The translations under genes and the position numbers were made by a program. Positions 53,966-64,000 of a stretch of 64,000 nucleotides of DNA are shown here, one piece after another (positions within the stretch are counted from its first letter, which is position 1; each line of letters begins with the position of its first letter). The notes beneath the pieces are model-generated. The model was not told the DNA's origin. It ran no database searches and saw nothing but the letters and a program-made list of their open reading frames with translations. Where the stretch lies: positions 54,498,001 through 54,562,000 of the forward strand of contig NC_043010.1 in NCBI RefSeq assembly GCF_006345805.1. Reading direction: 5' to 3'. Source of the stretch: Octopus sinensis. Lineage: Eukaryota.

Positions 53966-55814
53966 CAACTATCTTAATATAAATTTGAATAATGTTTCTC
54001 TGTCTGTTATATTTTCATGTTCGTTACCCCCTCCTTGACCTTTGGTGCAAGGACAACGAAAATCAAACCAGTAGCTCCCCTAAGCGAGGTAAATGCAGTA
54101 AAAAACTCTAGGGGCAGCTGGGCCCCATTTAAGCGGTCATTCAGAAATTGAACTTGCTGACCATACGCCCTGGGAATTCATGGAAGGAAATTCATTGTCA
54201 TTGCTCCGATTTTTTTATTGTATAAACGCACAAATGCACGTACAATCCTGAAGTGTTCGTATGTTGTGTTTCTAGTCTCCATTGTATTGAAGAATCTGGA
54301 AAGATCATGAATGCATTGATTTGTCTTTTGACCTTAGAAAATTGCATATCCATGTATATGTATTTTGCACTGCTTGACAGTTAGTTAACGAGTTAAATGT
54401 CTACGTGGTTAGATTTCAGATGCCGATGCAATGACGATAAAAGTAGTGTTATGTCATCCCTAAGCCTGACACAAAAATTAACTACAAGAATTCTAGAAAT
54501 ATCTAACTTCATCATAATGAAGTGAGTTGGACTATTATGCGTTTAACATGTTTCGGTAGGAAAAACGAATCCAGGGCTTCATCGAAATCTTAAACTTCAG
54601 TGAAAGGATTTATGAAATGATTCGTCCTATTACACCGATAATATTTCTAAAATGGGAAACCAAGGGTATGAAGATATGAATATTTTATAACTGATTATCG
54701 TTTAAGATTTCTCATTATAGATGCTTTACTCGCTACGATATGTCAGAGATTTTAGAAACATTTATACCACAACGCACTTATTACTGATATAAATTAAAAT
54801 GTCAGTATAAGACGTAGTCGTTTACTAATCGGATAACATAAATAATACTATGTACAAATTTATAATAATAATGACTCCTGAAGCAGCATGTATTTATATG
54901 GATGTTTGTGTGCGTAAATATACACATACATAATACATACATGTACTACAGGATGCACGTGGGAGTCTGAACACATAAACGGAAACTAATATTGTTCGAG
55001 CATACTTTTTCCAAATCGGTCGGTTGATTATTGACTCCCTAATACCAAAATCGTTATTTTTAGTGCGTATAGCATTGATGTTTCGATATGTTTTTCGCTG
55101 TGTCAATATGACACCTATTCAAAAATTCATTTTCCACTTTTAAAGCTTACGCAGTGCAACGTGCATGGCAATCTGTTACTATATCTTAACGCATAAATGA
55201 CGTGGTAGAAGCTCCGTAAAAATAAATATTTTCGTAAGGCTGCTTGGGAGTAATTGAAACTATAAATGTAAAACGCAGACTTATTGAACGTTAATTCATA
55301 GCCGATGCCAAATTCAGTGAAATCACTTTAGAAAAACAAATTCGTTGATATGATATAGGAAGTCATTCAAAAAATTAATTAAGTGGTTATTGAAATGTAT
55401 TCATGCTATTTTCTATTTAACAATATTTCACCCCAACCCATTCTTCCACCTCGGCTACTACACCCACATATGTGTTTGTGTCTGGCATTGTATTGTTGGC
55501 TTCTGTGTGACAGACTGGTATGGGAGACGGTTGAAATATTTTGTTTTAGATTTAAAACATGTTTATGATATTTCGATTTGTTTATAGGTAAAGCTATGTG
55601 CGTGATTTAGGTAAGAGTGTGCGTATACGGGAGGTCAAATTTTACAGCTTTTTATTAACAATAACTTACAATGAATCTAAGGACACTATTAAAATATCAG
55701 AGTTCCGTAGAATACTCATTAGAACAAACTACTAAGGGTGCTGGGATTCATATACATGTATAGAAAAGAAGGAGAAAAAAATTGTAGATCTGGTAAGTTG
55801 GAAGAGGAGTATTT

Positions 55815-56125
55815 TGTTTGTTGTTTGTTCCTTCTCGAGCTATGCCTGGCTCATAAGGGCCGGTTTCCCGGTGTCTTGACGTATACGTTCCCCACCTGGA
55901 CGGGACGCCGGTCCGTTGCAGGTGAGCTGCAAGAGGCAGGAGGAAAGAGTGAGAGAAAGTTGTGGCGAAAGAGTCAGCAGAAGTTCGCCATTACCTTCTG
56001 CCGGAGCCGCGTGGAGCTTAGGTTTTTTCGCTCATAAATACACACATCGCCCGGTCTGAGATTTGAACCGGTGATCCGTCGACCGCGAATCCGCTGCTCT
56101 AACCTCTAGGCCATGTGCCTCCACG
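55815..56125 (-). mobile_element. Same SINE subfamily as 53663, inverted
   Basis: Reverse-complement similarity over head, body and tail. Confidence 0.85.
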
Positions 56126-56775
56126 GAGGAATATAGTCATGCGAAACTTAGGATACGAAACTGAGCTTGGGTTTATTGTGAGAGACAGTATGAGCTACCT
56201 GGTTGACGTAAACTGTAACGTATCATCACTTGGCCACATACGTGATAAAGGTAATGGCCCTGGTTTGCGTAGTAGGAAAACTTATTTTAAGTTGCAGTGA
56301 CCTCGTATAAGACGTTTACAGCTCAATACACTGCAAACAGTATATGCCAAATATTTTGGTGCCGGTGTACAGCGTATTTTACTTTTATGCTTGCTAACTG
56401 TGTGAAAAATATCCAGGGTCTATTTTGGCAACTTAAAAAAAGAAATGGACTATAATTTCGAACGTTTTGTAGTTTAAAGGTTGGATTTTCAAAGGAAACA
56501 TACGTGGATTTCTTTTCATTAACTTACGGAAGATCTGGTGATGACTAACGCAGTATATTTGATATATAGAAAAAAGAAAATCAATGCTGAAAGAGACGGC
56601 CAGCAGTCTCAAGTTATCTATCAAGTGTGATTACGCGTATTGTTGGTAGTTGTTGTGGTGCCATAATTAAATTAATTAAAGTGTATTGTAGTTTAAGAAT
56701 TGGTGATGATTTTGAAATATTTAAATTGTTATATACGATAGAGAACCCAATTGCAGGGTTTTTGATATACTCCCT

Positions 56776-57160
56776 TTTTACTCACTCTTTCACTTGGTTC
56801 AGTCATTTGCTGGAGCACCGCCTTTAGTCTACCAAATCGACCCCAGGACGTATTCTTTGTAAGCCTAGTATTTATTCGATCGCTAAGTCACGAATTGGAG
56901 ACGTAGGCACCAGCATCGGTTGTCAAGCGATTTTGGGGAGACAAGCATATACACAGAGATACATACACACTCATACACATATATGTATATACATATATAC
57001 GACGGGCTTCTTTCAGTTTCCGTCTACCAAATCCACTCACAAGGCTTTATTCGGCCCGAGGCTAGAGCAGAAGACACTTGCCCAATGCCCCACGCAGTGG
57101 GACTGAACCCAAAACCATGTGGTTGGTAAGAAAGCTACTTACCACACAGCCACTCCTGCA
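56776..57160 (-). mobile_element. SINE family A, near full length
   Basis: Matches 28362-28740. Confidence 0.85.
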
Positions 57161-57911
57161 CCTTATTAAGTGGCATAATAAGGTGCACTGGAGATGGAAG
57201 TAATAGAGGTAAAGGGGTGAGTTCTTGATTATATTTACCATCTGCATCAGCAGGATCTGTGAGATGAATTTGGGAGCCAAGAAAACTTTTTGTGTCAGAG
57301 GTTACCGAGACCAATGACACCGACGGACTGATGAGTTACATAATTGAAGGAAATAGACATATTGAAACATTTATGTGGATCATCGGATGGGTTTGGAAAA
57401 CAGTAGAAAAGCCAACTGCATTATTACTTCTGAGTTAGATGTTGGACAAACTGAACAGGTAGGAATAGTTACTGTTTTCCAGATGGGAGACGAAAGTGGC
57501 TTGGACAAAAAGTATGCGAAGCCATTACATTTTAGAGTGAAGTTTGAGTAAAGATAGTTAGATTGAACATGGCAGATTTATACTATAATTAAGTGGCTGT
57601 GATGCGGTGGGGTGGGTTGTTGCAAGCATTTTCTGCATGAGATATGCGATTTCTAGGTTTTATTGTGTTGAATGGATATTTGGCCATAGGGCTTATTGGT
57701 AGACGTTTTGGAAACCCTGGGAGGCATTGCTATTACTCCGTCATATTTCTGATTTTTAATAGTAACAAATAATTAAAAGATGCTATACAATTAAATTCAG
57801 AGCAAAATTACACGAAAATAAAATAAACTACGTCAAATTTATATAGAATAATACACTCAATACCAAAATGTTTTGTAGCCGCTTGCTCCATTTTTTGGGG
57901 TTTCTTCGTAT

Positions 57912-57958
<47 letters not shown>

Positions 57959-58126
57959 CATTCCTGTCACAACCTGGGATCTCGAAGACTGCTTAAATGA
58001 AAGAAAGAATACTACTCCCTTAATTTTAATATATATACTATTTACAATATATATTCTATATTCTACATTTATATTATAAAGAATATAAATAAAACATAAA
58101 AAGCAGAGTTGGAATTCCTTTGAATA

Positions 58127-58217
<91 letters not shown>

Positions 58218-59119
58218 CTAGACTTATTGAAATAGCATATATTGCATTTATGTGGAACGTCAAATATATTGTTACGAAAAATATATCTAAATAGCATGAG
58301 TGTTTCGCTAGTCGGCAGTGTGCCAAAATTCTACGTGTAAAATGAAGCACGCCGGCGCGCAAAATTTACACACGCAGTCTCATGCACATGTGTGTATGTG
58401 TATGCGCACATGTGCACTTGCACGCAAGCGCCTTTATACAGTGTTACATCTTAAGTATTTTCGTGCAAGATCTCTGAATTGTACGATAACCTATTGTACA
58501 CAACTGCAGTATGTTTGATGTTTGCCCGAACAAAACAAATATATAAACATGATAACGATTCGGTATAAAGAGAGAATAAATGGATACCAGATTTGTTACA
58601 TTATTTATCTGACTCACACGTTTATCTGACTCACACAATACATGCCACATCAGATTGCGCAAAGCAGTACTTTTACGTATAAGTGAATGAGCCGTCATTC
58701 TCACTCTCATTAAAATATATACATATATGTATATATTCACTTCTGTTAAATGGAGGATATTCATCCCAACATACATGTGCTGCAATATAATAACCATTTT
58801 TAATGCGAACATTCTAACAACAGAAATTGCGTTCATGTTTAAAGCTGAAAGTTTAAAGATGTCAGTTTGTAAAATGACAACATATACCCCGCAGAAATGT
58901 TGACATTAAGGGAACATTTACTGCCAAAGTGCACTAAAGAATCTGTTACCTTGACGTAACGTAAAATGATGCCTAGAAACGGTAATTGAAGAAGATTGAG
59001 TATGCTAACCGTCTGAAATGCTACCTGTGAGTTATATCTACTTTCTAGAAGTTAAATGTCATCTGTCAAGTTACTGCTCTTTCATTCAGAATTGACAAAC
59101 GCCTGAATAGTAAAACATG

Positions 59120-59160
<41 letters not shown>

Positions 59161-59711
59161 TCACAAACATATATATATACAGACACAGACACATGTCCTG
59201 AATTAAATAGAAATTTATATAAGAAGTGAGATAGAAAACGAAGATGAGGTCAGAATTTTCGGATCAGAGAGAGATTACTTATGTATACGAATACATTTGC
59301 ACAACTATATCATGTATTACGTATCTATCTCTTTGTAAGCTCTCTGTATTTGAAGGTTATATGTTAATATACGCAGAATATGTTTTGATAAATACATATT
59401 CTGAATTTATGGGTCAATATATGTGTATATGGGTTCATAACAAATATATAACCTGTATGAATTAATTTGGATTCTTAACTGGAAAACTATTGAATATATT
59501 CGTAGACACACATAATCTACACACGTAAATACATATCTACATACACGCAAAGAGGAATATATGTGTGCGAGTGTGTGTAGGAATGTGTGAATTTCTGTGA
59601 GTGTTTGTGCGTGTGTATATCCGAGATATATCCCAATCACGCTCAAAAAAGCATATCTCTCTTTATCATGTACTTATACATATATACACACAATTACATA
59701 CAAATATATAT

Positions 59712-59754
<43 letters not shown>

Positions 59755-59756
59755 CA

Positions 59757-60218
59757 AGGTTTGGAATGCAATTTTAAAGATGTTTATTCACTCGACCTGT
59801 TTCACTTTTTTAGAAAAAGATTGTCGATATTAAAATGTCCAGGTTGTCACAAAAGTAGTAAAATGCATATATATATTTTTTTGATAATAATAACAAAATG
59901 TTAAAAATAGTTTACAAGAAAGTATTTAAAAAACATTTAACAAAAAGTATTAGGAGTTCAATAAAAATCATGTTTGTTTGGTAGTATATATATACACAGA
60001 AGGAGATCTATTTAAGATACTTTATTGTGAACTGTTTTTAACATTTTCTTATTATTATCAAAGAAGGTATATACATATATTTTAATACTTTTGTGATAAC
60101 TAGTACTTAACACAATAAAGCTTATACAAAGCTTTACGTTTTACTTTTGATAATCTTTTTCTAAAATAGTAAAACCGGTCAAGTGAATAAACATCTTTAA
60201 AATTGCCTTTTCAAACCC
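59757..60218. mobile_element. Inverted ~70-bp arms with decayed hammerhead-like motifs, ~310-bp spacer
   Basis: gcaattttaaagatgtttattcactcgacctgtttcac.. vs ..gtaaaaccggtcaagtgaataaacatctttaaaattgc. Confidence 0.6.
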
Positions 60219-61734
60219 TCATTCACATATATTTCCACTCGTGCGGTATCTTACAACTTTACTTTGTTATTATATATATATATACAAACATACATACATA
60301 CAATTAGATTGTATATATAACTCCCACCAAACATACTTGTGGACAAATGGAAATAAATATGAGTATTATATACATATAGACACACAGAAATAAATTGGAT
60401 TCGTCTCATTTTAATCAAGTATCAGTTGTATCGAAGAGCCTAGGTGTTCCTTCTGCAAATTGCCTGAGATTTTACGATAGATCTGAGTTTATTGTTATCG
60501 TAATTCTCCGAATTTCAAAATTGACGCAGGATTATATCACATCTAAATCATTAAACCGTTGAAATATACGATGATCACGTTAGATTGTGTGAAGAATTAC
60601 ATTTAGTTATAGAAGTGAAATGCTGTAAGGCTTCCTGAGATTCGATAAGCAGAAATGGAGAGGAAACTTTGAACGAATGAAGTGAGCACAATTGTTACTC
60701 TAGTATGTTTCATGCTGCATTTATCTGCGACGAACACAAGGTGTTTTGGCAATTTATCGTCCAAAAGGATATATGTTAGCGTCCATGATATAACGGGTGT
60801 TTCTGTGTGTGCTTGTGTGTGTTTGTGTGTGGGTGTGTGTCTGAGTGTGTGTGTGTATTGCCTTGAAGCATTTACCATTATATGCCATCGAGATATCAGA
60901 TAATGCTTCTTGTATCCAAATAAAACATGACAAATAGGTTTTACAATGGCTTTCAGAAGCATTTCGAAATAAATCAGAAGGCTTTCGCTGCTGGTTTAGT
61001 CTTTATTGAATGCCACAAAGGAAGAGAACAAATTCAGACGTGAGCTTCACAATAACTGAGATACAAATAAGTACACTCCACAGATACTTTTGATGCGCTA
61101 CCAAAAATTAAGCCGAGAATTATGCTTTAAGAAGTGTCGTTTTGCTATCACCTACATGAAATTGCAGAAGACGATTTGGAAATACGATGCTTAAAATAAA
61201 AATCTTCTCATTCACGTGGATGGCCTTTCGGGGAATGTAATATTCCCTTGTCAAGTTTCTGATGAAGCTCCAAGGTGTTAACCAGAGAACCAACTAAGAG
61301 AGCACGACATCCTATAGCAGAAACAGTTGTAAGCCAATGACTTTCATTACCTGTCCTTTGTTTTCTCAGAGTAAGTTTTTTTTGTTCCTATTACCACACT
61401 AAACTCATCCAACATTGTATTCTAGACCATAAGGTCTACACGCACACACACACATACACAAGAACACACACGCGTGCACACACTCGCACACACACACATA
61501 TATATATATATATACGTATATTCATATATATATATATATATATATGCATATACATACATATATATATACACATATATATATTATATATATATATAATATA
61601 TATATATATATGTATGTATATATATGCATATATATTTATATATACATACTCACATATAATATATATATGGATATATATACATATGCATATGCCTATGTAT
61701 GTATATATATATATATATCGCCATAATTGAACGC

Positions 61735-61915
61735 TAGCCACTAAAGCTTTTTCTTTTTATTCTCTCTCTGTTTATTTTCTCCTGTTTCTTTCTGTTGAAG
61801 AGCGTAAGTTCGAAACGTAAAACACTTTCTCACATTCCCGAGCGTTAATCTAATAAACCTGTTTGTTGTTTACACACCTGTCTTCGTCTTTTGTGTTTTT
61901 TTGTAAATTCCATCC
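61735..61915 (+). mobile_element. Short element with hammerhead-like motif (61789-61822), same family as 36985-37150
   Basis: ttt-CTGTTGA-AGAGCGTAAGTTC-GAAAC-GTA-aaa. Confidence 0.65.
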
Positions 61916-63003
61916 ACATCTACATGTATATATATATGCATGTTATGTATGTATATATGTATGTATATACATGATCCTACTGGAGGTGAAATTCGTGTAG
62001 TTCCAAATACCAACATCTTCTATGGTGCAGGTGCTCTATATTTTTCCGTGTATAGTCTCGCTGCTAAATCCTAGCAGATGCCTTTTCGAAGTAATTGTTA
62101 CTTACGTATTACCATATTATCAATATCCACGGGCCACTTCTTTTATGGGGCACAGAAGCTTCACCCTTTGTTTTGTACATCTGACTTATATCAACCAAAC
62201 TCGTCACGTATCAATGGAAAGTTGAGAGTGATAAATTTCGGCAAATGAGGCTCATGCTTTCACTTTTACTTTCACAAAATTCCTCGAGTATACCATCTTC
62301 TTTTGTTCCGACATGATAACAAAGGTGATAACGTCCGTGATATTCGATTTCTCCTTCTTGCTCCCCGATTTCATCACGCAACATTCGTTGTACATGTGTC
62401 ATTGAAATTGTGGTGTACAATTTCGCTCTTAATCATTCATTATTATTATTCATATATTCATTTAGTTTGGAAATGAATTGGATTACCTTAACTGCTACAA
62501 CCGCTGTAGCTCTTCACGTATTTCTGCCGAGAGGATGTGTCAATATTTCAGAATTATGTAAAACTGATTAAGATCCTAAAACTGTAAATTTCTCGTATAA
62601 TAAGTAATGAACTAGGCGTTCAAATGTCTCTGCCATGTGTTAGTAGCCACTAGAACTGTTTTCGTTTTTCTTAAATTGGCTGAAAAGAAACGTCGCCGAA
62701 ATGGTGTTCTGTGAAACACGATTCTTTACAGCTAATAAGATAAAAATGAGCAAAAGGAAATATAAGAAGGAGAAAACAAAAAGAATAACAACAATGACAG
62801 CGAGAAAAATAACCAAAACGATCACAACAACAGAATCCAGTCTTCAAAATAACTAGAATGACGATAGTTTATGATTTAGGTTGGTCAGAAATTTGGAGTA
62901 AACGGGGAGCAGTACTTGCCTGGTATTTATTTTGTAAACTACTAAGAGATGAAATACAAAGTTACGCTCAACAGGATATGATCGCAGACTATAAAGAAGA
63001 CAC

Positions 63004-63043
<40 letters not shown>

Positions 63044-63096
63044 TAATAATAATAGTAATAATAATAATAATAATGATAATAATAATAATAATAACG

Positions 63097-63130
<34 letters not shown>

Positions 63131-63131
63131 T

Positions 63132-64000
63132 AAGCTTCATTCTATCATCAAGGAAAGCAAAAAATTTGCTATTGATCTCGTGCAGGATACCCAAACTGAA
63201 CAACCCGAGGGAAGTACGGCAACTATTGTTGCAAAGAAGGTGAAAATGATGGCAATGAAAAAAGCGCACGAGCAATTGGCTGATAGGTGGGAGGAGAAAC
63301 CTCTGCACAGCAAATATGTGACCCGCAGCAAACAAGCTGATGTTGACCAGAAGCAAACCCATCAGTGGCTGCGGAGCTCAGGACTAAAAGCAGAGAGCGA
63401 AGGTTTCATCCTGGCTGCTCAAGACCAAAGCCTATTAACCCGGAACTACCAGGCCAATGTGATGAAAAATGGAGCAGACCCAAAATGCCGATTCTGCAAC
63501 GACATGATTGAAACAGTGGACCACCTAATCTCTGGATGTAAAGTCTTAGCACCAGTGGAGTATAAATTAAGACATGACAGAGTTGGCCAATATCTCCACA
63601 GGCTAATAAGTCGGCATTACAATATAAAAACTGCCGACAAGTGGTATAATCACCACCCTGAGGCTGTAACTGAAGGAGAAAATGTAACCATTCTGTGGGA
63701 CTTTCCAGTACATGCAGACCGAACCATCAAGGCCAATAAACCAGATATTGTTGTGAAAGACCAAAACAATAAAGTTTGCTTATTGATCGACATGAGCATC
63801 CCCTGTGATCATAATATCTCAGCGAAAGAGTTTGACAAGCTCAGAAAATATAAAGACCTACTCATTGAAATTGAGAAAATGTGGCATCTCAAGGCGGTTA
63901 CAATACCAGTGATCGTAGGAGCACTAGGAATGATCAAGAAGGGAACCGAAAATTATATGAGAATGATCCCTGGCTTACCATCCCTGCAAGAAGTGCAAAA
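63132..64000 (+). mobile_element. 5'-truncated R4/Dong-type non-LTR retrotransposon; uninterrupted C-terminal ORF with CCHC knuckle and restriction-like endonuclease
   Basis: My translation is open for about 289 codons: WEEKPLH..GLKAESEGFILAAQDQSLLTRNY..CRFC..ETVDHLISGC..RHD..ILWDF..NKPDIVV..LIDMSIP..KLRKYKDL..IPVIVGALG; starts directly after (AAT)n and runs off the window. Confidence 0.92.

Noticed and set aside
55625-55720. Possible Tc1/mariner terminus (tatacgggaggtcaa...)
   Set aside because: No partner end or transposase remnant visible
57170-57780. GC-richer stretch that might be a LINE/LTR remnant
   Set aside because: No recognisable motif in any frame
62000-62600. Several 60-100-codon open frames on both strands
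   Set aside because: No motif or consistent splice pattern; lengths expected by chance

Overview
Repeat-dense eukaryotic DNA that is AT-rich and full of microsatellites, with one 100-N gap (5582-5681). The SINE families and microsatellite load point to an octopus or other coleoid cephalopod genome (my inference, not a database result). No host gene could be identified, only a few weak exon-like segments. Recognisable content: a broken Penelope-like element (PLE) on the minus strand (RT with YRDD, C-terminal GIY-YIG); a decayed hAT-like DNA transposase; an internally deleted mariner; a possible piggyBac remnant; several R4/Dong-type non-LTR 3' ends in (TAA)n, one an uninterrupted ORF running off the window end; several tRNA-derived SINE families; and three long fold-back palindromes. 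Main discoveries: (1) a head-to-tail array of ~360-bp units (10529-11700) whose units carry a type I hammerhead ribozyme with a compensated U3-A8 core (UUGAAAA), intact in two copies, i.e. a retrozyme-like circRNA-type element right beside the PLE RT; (2) about a dozen hammerhead-like motifs from at least six unrelated small (TA)n-embedded families; (3) an 820-bp sense-strand hAT-transposase fragment inserted in frame inside the PLE ORF with short junction microhomologies; (4) a second ~489-bp tandem array with an inverted terminal segment and a pseudoknot-like pairing pattern.
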